Below, in pieces: positions 51,817 to 61,540 of a stretch of DNA of 64,000 bases. Every line of letters begins with the position of its first letter. Within the stretch, counting starts at the first letter, position 1. This DNA comes from Dissulfuribacterales bacterium (GTDB taxonomy: Bacteria; Desulfobacterota; Dissulfuribacteria; Dissulfuribacterales; DYLC01). The DNA lies in NCBI GenBank assembly GCA_041287365.1, contig JBEULL010000020.1:3426-67425 (forward strand), in the 5' to 3' direction. A program made the position numbers and the translations under genes. The notes under the pieces were generated by a model. The model was not told where the DNA came from. It did no database searches and saw nothing but the letters and a program-made list of their open reading frames with translations.

Positions 51817-53010
51817 TTATTTGTAGCCCCACACAGCAAAAACCGGGTCACATGTTCGAATGCGAGGAAAATATCTGTCGTGCTCGGGACGTGGCCATCC
51901 GCGAATACTCGTGGTGTGCACATCCCTATAACCAGTTTGCAAAAAATATTCACAGACCAGGCCCATGCGTTCGAATTCATGGAGGTCCTTCCATACGCCG
52001 ATGATCTTGGGCGGAAAATAGCGATTGGAGAAGGTCAGGGCAAACACACCATTGGGTTTTAATATCCGTTTGACTTCTTGAAAAATCTCAAAGGGTTTGA
52101 TGAGATATTCCACAGATGCGGTGCAGACCACTACATCATAACTCTCAGATTCATAGGGTAAGGTCGGGAATTTGTTGAGGTCATGAATCCGCCAGGATGT
52201 GAGCTGGTTGTTGGCCTTGAGTTCTTCTGCATTCATTCCCACGCCCTCCACAGAGGCAAGGGGTATCTCTGGCGGAAGATATGATCGATAGCTCGACATC
52301 AAATCCAAGCACACATCCCCGGGTTTTAGTAATTGTCTGTAGATGCCTGTGACCTTATTTATGGCCTCGTCATCCATGTGGGTTACAAGTCTCGGCGGCT
52401 GATAGAATATGGCGTCGTCATTTTCATCTTCTCTTGCCAATGCCTTTGAGTCTGAAAGGAAGTCGGTGGGAGTAACCTCTGTGCGCGCCTCCATTCCTGG
52501 GCCATTCAGAATAATGGACATGACCTCCTGCAGGGCACCACCCCGTGAATCCAACAGGTCGTGCACATCCAGTATGTTAATCTCGATCTCTGACTCAAAA
52601 TGAGCAAACGGATGATTTAGATCGGCGATGAAGAAATCAGCCGTAGTTGCGATACAACGAAATGGAATCATGGTTGATGGAAATACACCGGGGATGTCTT
52701 TTAAAAATCCTTGGGGATAGAACCTGCCTTGTTTTGGAGGGATCGTGCTTTTAAAGTTTGTTAACGGCAAGCGATATATCTTTTGTGTGTCATGCTTAGG
52801 CACCCAGCTGCCTGAAGCCCCCGTGATGGCCACACTATCGCCGGCTTTTCTTGACATCAGGATCTTTGTTATGGAATCAGGCAGGATATCCCTATAGAAA
52901 TTTACATGCAATAGATGAATGTTCTCATGTGTTATCTGGTTGCTTTGCCATTTGATTTGAAAAATGAGTGTGGCCAAGGTTTTTTCTGTTATTGTTTGTT
53001 CATTTTTCAT
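51817..53010 (-). CDS. class I SAM-dependent methyltransferase with N-terminal FKBP-like extension
   Basis: ADLNHP; RED...D..FY..PRLV.H.D, LDLMSS..S.LP, GMN.EEL..N, SVEYL..P, FSNR.FP.K. Confidence 0.85.
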   Translation of the reverse strand: MKNEQTITEKTLATLIFQIKWQSNQITHENIHLLHVNFYRDILPDSITKILMSRKAGDSVAITGASGSWVPKHDTQKIYRLPLTNFKSTIPPKQGRFYPQGFLKDIPGVFPSTMIPFRCIATTADFFIADLNHPFAHFESEIEINILDVHDLLDSRGGALQEVMSIILNGPGMEARTEVTPTDFLSDSKALAREDENDDAIFYQPPRLVTHMDDEAINKVTGIYRQLLKPGDVCLDLMSSYRSYLPPEIPLASVEGVGMNAEELKANNQLTSWRIHDLNKFPTLPYESESYDVVVCTASVEYLIKPFEIFQEVKRILKPNGVFALTFSNRYFPPKIIGVWKDLHEFERMGLVCEYFLQTGYRDVHTTSIRGWPRPEHDRYFPRIRTCDPVFAVWGYK

Positions 53011-53104
53011 AACAAAGAATATTTACCATGATTTTATTGATTGGCAAGGCATAACGGTTTTAAATTACACATTTGGTAATTTTAATTCAATAGAGACTTA
53101 TACC

Positions 53105-54441
53105 ATGCAAAATGTGGATTTTTTGCTCATCAACCCATGGATTTACGATTTTGCTGCCCATGATCTGTAGCTCAAGCCATATGGACTTTTACAATTGGCG
53201 GGCAAGCTTCGAGGGGGTGGATATAGCATTCACTACCTTGACCTACTTGATTCCTTTCACTCAGAGCTGCCCATTCCCCCCACGACGGAAATCCTATGGC
53301 ACGGGCTCTTTCTATCGAGAGATAGTCCTCAAACCCGCTTTTTTTCAGAATGTCCCCAGAAGATTTTACCGGCACGGAATGCCATTTACACTGTTTCTGA
53401 AGGAGCTCGCCTTCATCAGGTTCAAGGCAGTTATGCTCACCTGTAGTATGACCTACTGGTATTCGGGCCTGTTTGCCCTCATTGATTTTTTTGCCAGGCA
53501 TTATTCACACATACCCCTTTATGTTGGTGGAATTTATGCCATGCTCTGTGAAGAACATCTCCTGATTTTATTCAAACCAATTTTCCATGGTTGAATTTCG
53601 AGATTGTAAATGGAAAACAAGACAAATTTATTCAGTGGTTGCAAAGGAAATACCCTCCTTCAAGTGTTCCTCATGGTCATGGCTATCCTGCCTTTGACTT
53701 GCAGCGTCGCATTCCGTATGTGGTGCTTTGACCTCTGAAGGCTGCCCGTTTAATTGTCCCTATTGTGCCTCCAGAAGGCTTTATTACTCATTTCACCAAA
53801 AGAACCCACAAGAAATAGTTGAAGAGATTCTATACTGGTATGACAACCATAATGTGCTGGATTTTGCCTTTTACGACGACGCATTGCTTGTGAATTTTGA
53901 CCGTCATTTAGCAGTGATACTTGAAGAGGTTTGCAGAATGGGCCTGAATGTCCGTTTTCATGCTCCAAACGCCATGCATGCCCGATTCATTGGTCGTGAA
54001 GCGGCATTGCTCTTCAAACAGGCTGGTTTTACCACCATAAGACTGGGACTGGAGCGCATAGAAGACCGTTTTGATAACAAGGTGACCACAGATGAATTCA
54101 GAGAATCAATAGAGCACCTAAAAAATGTGGGATTCACTTCAAAGGAGCTCGGAGCCTATGTTTTGTACGGTATTCCTGAAGAGGATTTTGATGCCGTCAA
54201 AAGAACGGTTATTTTTTTAGAAAAATTGGGTGCGATGCCGTATCTGGCTGAATTTTCTCCCATTCCACACACTCCATTTTTTTAACTTGCCCAGGAGACT
54301 TCACGTTATCCCATATCAGAGGAGCCACTTTGTCAGAATAATACCGTATTTCCTGCCTTAAAAAATCCGCCATGGGCAACAATTCAGGAGATCAAGGACT
54401 TGGCAAGGAATATACGAATGAAGTTAATCAGCGTCACCTGA
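53105..54441 (+). pseudogene. B12-binding radical SAM pseudogene
   Basis: MQNVDFLLINPWIYDFAAHDL ends at TAG 53168-53170 but continues in frame as LKPYGLL; frameshifts; TSEGCPFNCPYC; TAA 54283-54285 followed by in-frame continuation to TGA 54441. Confidence 0.85.
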
Positions 54442-54609
54442 CCCTCTTTCGCCTTTGGCATACGCCATCTAACATCACCACTTCCTTTTTGTTAAAATGA
54501 GCCTGTTCTTTAAGGCAAATAACACACATGCCGGTATTCACAACCGATTCTTGTCAAAGGGAAACAGTCTATTTAGCTAACTGAGCATTTAAACAATAAA
54601 ACAACAAGA

Positions 54610-54643
54610 ATGTCACAATACGTTAACACTTTTGCAGTATGAT
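54610..54643 (+). promoter_or_regulatory. PhoB-type promoter (Pho box plus -10) for the EAL-CBS-GGDEF gene
   Basis: ATGTCAC-AATA-CGTTAAC (11-bp period), exactly 10 bp, then TATGAT. Confidence 0.55.
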
Positions 54644-54758
54644 ACCTGTCCTGAGTAGGTAAGTCTTGTTCTATAATTAGGTCATCAGATATTCGGTGAT
54701 TGTTTTCAATAACCATTATCTTTTATGCTTAATATTTTCGTAAAGAGTCATAATACGC

Positions 54759-54885
54759 GATGGCTTGGCAAAAATTGTCAAATGCAAAGCACGCAAATCT
54801 TGAGGACTGAGGCATACTTCCTATACCATCAGTGATGAATAAGGCAGACTGCAAGTAGCAGTTGGCGACTTTGTAGGATGCCATC
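54759..54885 (+). mobile_element. MITE-like repeat, copy 1
   Basis: Termini GATGGC...GCCATC; shares the exact 16-mer AGCAGTTGGCGACTTT and AAATGCAA-N4-CGCAAA with the inverted copy at 56833-56912. Confidence 0.65.
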
Positions 54886-54974
54886 ATACTTAAAACAGAA
54901 TAAGGCGTTGGACAGCCAGTTATAGTCAGTTACACATCACAGACTAACAATTGAAGCTGACAGGAGGAATTATC

Positions 54975-56834
54975 ATGTTAACCAATTCAAATATCAGGGT
55001 GAAATGGCACGTTGAAAGTAACTGCATCAAAACAGAATGGTGCACCCCTCTATCCAGCACAAGCCAAACAGTTCTGGACATATTGGATCAGGACTGCCTT
55101 GATACTTACTTTCAGCCCATCTGTTCTTTGATAGATGGGTCAGTGTTTGGATATGAATCCCTTGCACGGTTGGCCAACAACCCTTCAACCAATATATGTC
55201 AGATCTTCAGGAATGCCATCGTAACCAGAACAATCATATTTTTAGATATGAGATGCAGAGAAAATGCGGTTAAAAAGGCCTCTGAGCTCGGATTGGCTAA
55301 CAGATCCAATCTGCTGTTTATAAACACTGCGCCTGATGTGCTGACAGATGATGCTCACTCAGTCAAAATGGCTTGCGACATGGTAAAAAAATATGGCTTC
55401 AAAAACGAACAGGTTGTTATTGAAATCACAGAAGAGGGAAATGGCCATAATTGTCAATTCATGAAAAGGGTTATTCAGGAATATAAAGACGCTGGCTTCA
55501 AAATTGCGATTGATGACTTCGGAGCCGGATATGGCGGACTTGCGATGCTGTCAAATATAGAGCCGGATTTCATTAAAATAGATCGACAGTTCATTTCAGA
55601 TATAGATAAAGCTGCAATAAAATATAACCTAGTCGATTCGATCGTGACTTTATGCCACAGACTTGGCATAAAAGTCATCGCAGAAGGGATTGAGAGAGAT
55701 GAAGAGTTGAAGATAGTGCAAAGCATGGGCATAGAATTCGGACAGGGATATCTTCTGGGGAGACCAGCCTCAACCTTTAATTTCAACGCCGTACCGATTC
55801 CAAAGCGCCACAATATAAGCAAGAGCACACGGGAAATTTCCACGATTTTTGATATAACAGAGTATGTGGAACCGTTGACGCCGGATACAAACATATTCGA
55901 AGCGCAAAGAAGATTTTTTCAAGATAAACGGCTTCAAATGATACCTGTAATAGAAAACAGTAGGATAATTGGCATCATACAAAGAAACAGATTTCTTGAA
56001 AACAAGCTTATCGGAAATTTTGGCTTTGGAATGCATATAAATGCAAAGAAAAAAATCAAGCAACTGATGGAAGTTCCAAGCATGATAGTGGAAGCTGACT
56101 TATATATAGAAGAAGTCGCACAAAGGATCAATGGTCGGGAATTTGAATTGTTATATGATGATATCTGTGTGACATCGCATGGAAAATATGTCGGAACAGT
56201 CACTATTGCAAAATTGTTACATACAATCACAGAACAAAACATCAGACTTGCAAAAAATCAAAATCCACTGACAGGTCTTCCTGGCAACGATGCGATAAGA
56301 AAGGTGATTCAAAAGAAAATAGACCAACATATACATTTTGATATACATTTTGATGTTTGCTACATCGATATAAACCACTTCAAACCCTACAATGACCACT
56401 ATGGATTTGAAAAAGGCGACTTAGTTATTCAGACTCTGGCTCAGATACTTGTAGATTCAGTAGCTTATTCTGAACACGAACAATTTAATTTTATAGGACA
56501 TATCGGGGGAGATGATTTTATATTGATGCTTCATCCAAAAGACTCTCTAAATATATCAGCTAAAATTATCGACAAAATGGAAAAAGAACTTATTACATTT
56601 CATGGAGAAGAAGATTTTCAAAAAGGTTATTATGTATCAAAAAACAGAAAAAACGAGACAGAGATATTTCCATTGCTCTCCATTGCAATTGCTATTGTAA
56701 GCACAGAAGTCACATGCATAACATCCTATGCCCATTTAGCCTCTGTAGCCGCAGAGGTTAAAAAAGCCGCCAAGCAAAAGGCTTACCAGACAAAAAAGTC
56801 AGCAATCTGCCGAGACAGACGATTAAATGGTTGA
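54975..56834 (+). CDS. EAL-CBS-GGDEF c-di-GMP metabolism protein (RapA-like architecture)
   Basis: FQPI, ESLAR, IEITE, DDFGAGY, KIDR, AEGIE, GQGY; CBS pair; NPLTGLPGN, D...FK.YND.YG...GD, GGDDF; RBS AGGAGG. Confidence 0.93.
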   Translation: MLTNSNIRVKWHVESNCIKTEWCTPLSSTSQTVLDILDQDCLDTYFQPICSLIDGSVFGYESLARLANNPSTNICQIFRNAIVTRTIIFLDMRCRENAVKKASELGLANRSNLLFINTAPDVLTDDAHSVKMACDMVKKYGFKNEQVVIEITEEGNGHNCQFMKRVIQEYKDAGFKIAIDDFGAGYGGLAMLSNIEPDFIKIDRQFISDIDKAAIKYNLVDSIVTLCHRLGIKVIAEGIERDEELKIVQSMGIEFGQGYLLGRPASTFNFNAVPIPKRHNISKSTREISTIFDITEYVEPLTPDTNIFEAQRRFFQDKRLQMIPVIENSRIIGIIQRNRFLENKLIGNFGFGMHINAKKKIKQLMEVPSMIVEADLYIEEVAQRINGREFELLYDDICVTSHGKYVGTVTIAKLLHTITEQNIRLAKNQNPLTGLPGNDAIRKVIQKKIDQHIHFDIHFDVCYIDINHFKPYNDHYGFEKGDLVIQTLAQILVDSVAYSEHEQFNFIGHIGGDDFILMLHPKDSLNISAKIIDKMEKELITFHGEEDFQKGYYVSKNRKNETEIFPLLSIAIAIVSTEVTCITSYAHLASVAAEVKKAAKQKAYQTKKSAICRDRRLNG

Positions 56835-56912
56835 TGGCGGTGCAAAAAGTCGCCAACTGCTGCGCGCCCCACTACATTTGGGTTTTGCGCTCCTTGCATT
56901 TACGGAGCCATC
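56833..56912 (-). mobile_element. MITE-like repeat, copy 2 (internally deleted, inverted)
   Basis: GATGGCGGTGCAAAAAGTCGCCAACTGCT...TTTACGGAGCCATC; overlaps the TGA of the upstream gene. Confidence 0.65.
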
Positions 56913-56942
56913 GAATGAAATACCAATTTCTGGCAAAAATGT

Positions 56943-57986
56943 TTAAATCTTGCTTGTTTCCACATGAAACCTTACTGTTGAACCTATAACCGTGCTTTTT
57001 CCGGTATGGAGAAAGGTTGTCACAAATATCAACTGAAGAAAAAGCAAGGGTTCTGCGCCCCAAATTCTGTGCAGACCCGTGGTCAAATCCACAAGCTGGG
57101 TGGTGCTCTGAAAGAAAAAAACCAGTGCGCCAACGTAACAGATGCTTGCAAGCGCCATTTTCTGGTATGCGGATATATTGCCCTCACCCCTGTAATCAGC
57201 CCGAAGTGTCTCTGAAAAAAAACGCCATAATTGCGTAACCGCAATGACGATAACAAGCGATGTCCTGAAAAAGCCATACAAAAAAAGCATTGTGCAGAAT
57301 ATGGCTGTCATCACGTATAAAACTGCTGTGAGTGCCTGAACCGGCACCACCGGCTTGCCATCCATATTGCCTGCATAGGCTATTTTTTTTGTCTTGCCAG
57401 AAAAGACAAAATTAAACCTGCCAAATAACCTTTGAACAAACTCATTAGATTCTGTCAGACTTTTACCATAACAACATCCGAAACTAATGCAGGCAAGCCT
57501 GCCGGTTCCCTCACCAAAGGCATAAGCAATAGCTGTGGCGCAAAGCATAGGAATAACAGGTGATGTGAGCCATGGAATGCCTGTCTCATTCATCCCCCAC
57601 AAAATCCACGGGGCAAAAACAATGCCCACGAAAGATGCGCCTCCCACAGTCAGTGTGTGCCTTTTTTTCTCTACGATCCAGGCGACAATACTTGACGCAG
57701 GGATGCAGATGGCAAGCATGAGCTCAACAAACAAAAAAACGCCGAAGAAATGTACATTCAGCGAGAATGTAAGCAGAATGAACATGGCGGCTGCGATGGT
57801 GTAAGCCAATGCTGAAAAAAAACCATAATATGTGAAAGCTAACCCTTTCCACACTCCATTTTCAAGCATTGCGACTGGAACACTGGCAATAAACTGCCAT
57901 CTTTCCTGTGTCAGACTTCTAAACGCCCACTTGAAAAGCACCAGATAGCCAACGGATAAAAACGTTAAAAACAAAATAGTCTCCAT
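56943..57986 (-). CDS. Lgt (prolipoprotein diacylglyceryl transferase)-like membrane protein, divergent
   Basis: Multi-TM; GEGTGRLACISFGCCYG, PVQ and RFFSETLR resemble the Lgt GRxGC/N..GCC.G, PxQ and RFxxExxR motifs; RBS AAGGAG. Confidence 0.75.
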   Translation of the reverse strand: METILFLTFLSVGYLVLFKWAFRSLTQERWQFIASVPVAMLENGVWKGLAFTYYGFFSALAYTIAAAMFILLTFSLNVHFFGVFLFVELMLAICIPASSIVAWIVEKKRHTLTVGGASFVGIVFAPWILWGMNETGIPWLTSPVIPMLCATAIAYAFGEGTGRLACISFGCCYGKSLTESNEFVQRLFGRFNFVFSGKTKKIAYAGNMDGKPVVPVQALTAVLYVMTAIFCTMLFLYGFFRTSLVIVIAVTQLWRFFSETLRADYRGEGNISAYQKMALASICYVGALVFFFQSTTQLVDLTTGLHRIWGAEPLLFLQLIFVTTFLHTGKSTVIGSTVRFHVETSKI

Positions 57987-57999
57987 GATGGCCTGCTCC

Positions 58000-58998
58000 T
58001 TATCTTTTTCTTGTTGCTATGGAAGAACGCACGTTCAGATCGGTTTCTACCATTTTTGAGCCAAAACCTGCTGAAAACCTGCTTTTTGCCAGAATATTGT
58101 GCTGATTTTGTATGAGATCAGCCTCAAACACCACTCGGTCTTTTTGAAACAGCAGGACTACAGTGCTGCTTCCAGGCCTAAACAGGCTCTTTGGCTGCCC
58201 CTTTTTCAAAAACATACCGAGTTTCATCTCCTTTGGGGCATCATATGCCACTTCACTGTAATACTGTTTAATTTCGCCTATCATGAGCGCCGCCACCTCT
58301 ATCATTGCGACAAGCCCCACGTAACTGCCTCCTTCACAGTCTGTATCTATGATGGTCACCGCCCTTTTGTTCTTGGAATAGGGCGTCACAAGGTTTATCA
58401 CTGCTGAAGGATTACACGAGTGATAACTGCCATTCAGCTCATAGAAATCCATGACAATCCCTGAGACAGGCATGTGGTTGTAGTGGTATTTCTCAGGTGT
58501 AAGCCGAAATATCGCAAAATCACCAGACCTGAAGGCATCTATCCATAAGGCTTTTTTCGCACCAAGCAACTCCTCAAAGCTGAAAAACTTCTCCTTGATA
58601 AAAAACAGTGCAGTTTCACATAACGATCCTATCAAGACCTTTGAATCCGCCGGAGAAACAATACGTTCGGAACAATCGTCCATTGGCCTGCAATCCCAAT
58701 AGCGAATCTTGCGCTCAAAGATTTTGCGAGGTGTATTAAGGCTCTGAGGTGGGTCAAGGCATTCCGACATATTTACACCCATCATTTTCAAAAACGCCAG
58801 ATTGCCGGTAAGCCTTGATGCAAGCAATGAATCGTAGTTGAGGTAACCCAGAAGAGCTGAGCTTATACTGTTTGTCAGGGCATTAAATACAAATGCAGAG
58901 TTTTCCCTGACGCTTGCATAGATAAAGTTGACTATTTTATCTGCATACAGCTTTTCTGTTAATATTTTACCAGTTGATCGCTCTATATATTGATGCAT
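58000..58998 (-). CDS. phosphatidylserine decarboxylase-family pyruvoyl enzyme
   Basis: FERKI, VSPADS, IKEK.F...ELL, FRLTPEKYHYNH.PVSG, KNKR, self-cleavage motif FRPGSSTVVLLF. Confidence 0.88.
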   Translation of the reverse strand: MHQYIERSTGKILTEKLYADKIVNFIYASVRENSAFVFNALTNSISSALLGYLNYDSLLASRLTGNLAFLKMMGVNMSECLDPPQSLNTPRKIFERKIRYWDCRPMDDCSERIVSPADSKVLIGSLCETALFFIKEKFFSFEELLGAKKALWIDAFRSGDFAIFRLTPEKYHYNHMPVSGIVMDFYELNGSYHSCNPSAVINLVTPYSKNKRAVTIIDTDCEGGSYVGLVAMIEVAALMIGEIKQYYSEVAYDAPKEMKLGMFLKKGQPKSLFRPGSSTVVLLFQKDRVVFEADLIQNQHNILAKSRFSAGFGSKMVETDLNVRSSIATRKR

Positions 58999-61423
58999 AT
59001 GCCGCTGATTCCTTTTCGCTGTTTTCAAATAACGCTGTATTATACAAAACTACTAGTAGGATTATATTTACAAGCATTTTTATTTCATCTATTGACAGAC
59101 TGTCTGACAAAAGTTTCGCTCTGAGTTCATTACATAATCCTTTAATATTTCTGCGTTTTGATAGATATGCAACTGCGTGCAGTAGTCTACTGTCAAGGGC
59201 GCAGGCATTATCTTCAATCGCAGCGATATCCTCGTTTACAAATCCTAAAGCCTCATCGAGATATTGTCTTCTGAGTTCATTGCGGTAGTATCGTTCAGCA
59301 GCAAGATTGAACTCATTGGCCTCCATCCTGATAGCTTTCTTATTTGATGATGCGCCAAGGATGCCATCTAAAAGTTTGGCCTTGGCAGAGTGCAAATGCG
59401 GGGCTTCAATACGCATTTCAAGATCAGACAAGTCCTCTTCAAAGCCCCACATCTCTATCAGATCTGCTGCATCCTTTCGAAGCACCTTCAAAAGCGCCTT
59501 GTTGTACTCCTTAGCGTAAACCCTGATATAACCTGAATAACGTCTGCTGGACCTTGTTTTTTCAGTGTATTGCAAGATGTAACGCAAAAAAGCATTTTGT
59601 GTGTCTGAACACACAAAGAAGGTAGGAAGCCCTATAGCTGATGCAAAAAATATCTGTCTGCGCTCACTTTCCACAAAAACACTATCAGGGATCATTTCAT
59701 GCTTCAATTTCTGCTCAGCTATGTACTTGAAAGCAAGACATGAGACCAGAACTTGCATGTTGACGGCATGTGTCATGTCATGCCTGAGGCTTTTAAAAAG
59801 GCTGTAATATCTGCCTTCAAAGCCTGAAAAACCCATTTTTTCATATTCCCTGAGCCGGTAAAGCTGATAGACAGCCATCCTTTCATCAAATACGCCCATC
59901 TCAGCCAGATCACGCTTGAGCCTCTCGCTGTTTCCGACCTTGCCATCAAGAGATGGGTTTTGATCAGTGCTCAGAAGCGCGGCCATATAGTCAATCAACC
60001 TGAAATCATCTACAAAATCCCCTGAAAGCCTGAAGGTGGCGGCAATGAAATTGTCCAGCCACTTCGGGCCAAAAGGCGTAACAGGCTGCCCGAAGATATT
60101 TATATGGGCCTTTTTCTTCCACCGTCTCCATAGCATTCTGAGGTGTGTGTAATGCAGTTCATGCGGCAGAAACCCAAGGGCATTTTCAGGATGAAAGTCT
60201 GCAAATCCAAGCCGATAGGGCGCTGCGCTGTAGGTGCCCACAAAAAGAGGCAAAAAATGTTCAATTATCTTTATGGCAAGGTCGCCAAGGTGTTTTTCAT
60301 GGGCTTTTGTAACCCTGTTCTCCTGAAAGGCGTTGGATAATATTCTGCTTCCGAGGCTGATATGTGTGCCATTATTTGCAAGACTAATGTTTGAGGTGTT
60401 TGGGAGAGAGACAAGATTGTTGTTGATGATGCCGGCTTCCTTCAACTTTGAAATGGCATTTAATCGGCTTCTACTTAAAACCTGGTGACAAAGTACCATA
60501 TAATGATATTTTTCCTCACCCATTTGCCAGCCTGAAAGACAAGGACTGATAAAAAGCTCCCTATAGAATGAATCGGAAATGATGTCGTTGAGATAGCGCT
60601 GTCTTATGGGAGGATGGGGAGAAAAATACACCACTGCCTTTTGTTTTGTATCTTCAAGTTGAAACTTTCTGTTGGCATAGCTGACCAGTAGACTTGACAA
60701 CAGGAAACGGATGGATTTTTCTTTTGCGACCTGACTGCCCCCTGCCGCTTCAGGGCCAAGCCTCATCACATAAAAGGAATATGTTTCAGGAGATGTATTG
60801 TCGTTCAGATAATGCTTCAAAAGCCGTATGGCAGTTTGACGGATGGAAATCGGAAGCTCCTTCTGCACGCCGACAATGTCAGCAAGACTCAGCTTAATCA
60901 GATAGCTGATCGGTATCCTGATCATTTCCACACCATCTATGATCTTTATGAACCTGCTTATATCCTTTCTGTAGCCGTTAGCCTTGTTTTTTTTATTAGC
61001 AAGTAGGTCTTTGAATAAGACGCGTCGGGTAAAAGTATCAAGTAGAATTGGTGAAAATCTTACCCAGCTATTTTCCCAGACATTGTCTGAATTGTTATCA
61101 AGATATTCATCAAGATCAGACAGTTTAGCCTTACTGACCTCTCCTGTTTGCCATCGTTTAACTATGTTATTGTAATAGTTGGAGGATTTGATAGTGACAG
61201 GAAGGTCAACGTCGTCTTTGCTTCCATATACTGCAACTTGCAACTCACTTTCAGAACCTGCCGTCACATCAAAAGGAGTAAAGGGAAGTTTGCTGTAATT
61301 TAGCTTGCCATCAGGGAGAAAAAGCCCGAGGGTGCTCAAAATCTCCAGAGTGGATACGGAATCTGCCTGAAAATCCCTTTGTTCCGAACTTATCGATGCA
61401 TGCAGCTTGAGAAGCCTTGCCAT
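58967..61423 (-). CDS. large hypothetical protein, probable glutamine synthetase/gamma-glutamylcysteine ligase-fold carboxylate-amine ligase
   Basis: Long intact ORF with RBS AAGGA 6 nt before ATG 61423; motifs TAGSESELQ (GxExE), NNGTHISL (GxH) and GFEGRY (ExR). Confidence 0.6.
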   Translation of the reverse strand: MARLLKLHASISSEQRDFQADSVSTLEILSTLGLFLPDGKLNYSKLPFTPFDVTAGSESELQVAVYGSKDDVDLPVTIKSSNYYNNIVKRWQTGEVSKAKLSDLDEYLDNNSDNVWENSWVRFSPILLDTFTRRVLFKDLLANKKNKANGYRKDISRFIKIIDGVEMIRIPISYLIKLSLADIVGVQKELPISIRQTAIRLLKHYLNDNTSPETYSFYVMRLGPEAAGGSQVAKEKSIRFLLSSLLVSYANRKFQLEDTKQKAVVYFSPHPPIRQRYLNDIISDSFYRELFISPCLSGWQMGEEKYHYMVLCHQVLSRSRLNAISKLKEAGIINNNLVSLPNTSNISLANNGTHISLGSRILSNAFQENRVTKAHEKHLGDLAIKIIEHFLPLFVGTYSAAPYRLGFADFHPENALGFLPHELHYTHLRMLWRRWKKKAHINIFGQPVTPFGPKWLDNFIAATFRLSGDFVDDFRLIDYMAALLSTDQNPSLDGKVGNSERLKRDLAEMGVFDERMAVYQLYRLREYEKMGFSGFEGRYYSLFKSLRHDMTHAVNMQVLVSCLAFKYIAEQKLKHEMIPDSVFVESERRQIFFASAIGLPTFFVCSDTQNAFLRYILQYTEKTRSSRRYSGYIRVYAKEYNKALLKVLRKDAADLIEMWGFEEDLSDLEMRIEAPHLHSAKAKLLDGILGASSNKKAIRMEANEFNLAAERYYRNELRRQYLDEALGFVNEDIAAIEDNACALDSRLLHAVAYLSKRRNIKGLCNELRAKLLSDSLSIDEIKMLVNIILLVVLYNTALFENSEKESAAYASIYRAINW

Positions 61424-61450
61424 GGACAATCCTTATATTTTTTGACAATG

Positions 61451-61495
61451 AGGATAATCACAGGAAATGACAAAAAAGTTAAAATAGTGTTATAG
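61451..61495 (-). promoter_or_regulatory. PhoB-type promoter for the ligase/PSD/Lgt operon
   Basis: Minus strand CTATAAC-N4-TTTTAAC-N4-TTGTCAT (three half-sites, 11-bp period), exactly 10 bp, then -10 TATCCT. Confidence 0.6.
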
Positions 61496-61540
61496 TTTTA
61501 AAACATTCAAAAAAACAAACTTTAAAAGGCAGTTTCGACC

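Noticed and set aside
53168..53170. Pyrrolysine or selenocysteine read-through in the radical SAM gene
   Set aside because: The TAG sits where TGG (Trp) is plausible, and further frameshifts plus a TAA show decay.
54766..54925. c-di-GMP-I (GEMM) riboswitch upstream of the EAL/GGDEF gene (GGCAAA...ACGCAAA...ACAGCCAGTT)
   Set aside because: P2 stem and GNRA loop are poor and the spacing is too long; the segment is better explained as a MITE-like copy matching 56833-56912.
56956..56971. Second parS-like site GTTTCCACATGAAACC
   Set aside because: Several mismatches, not palindromic, and far from the putative origin.
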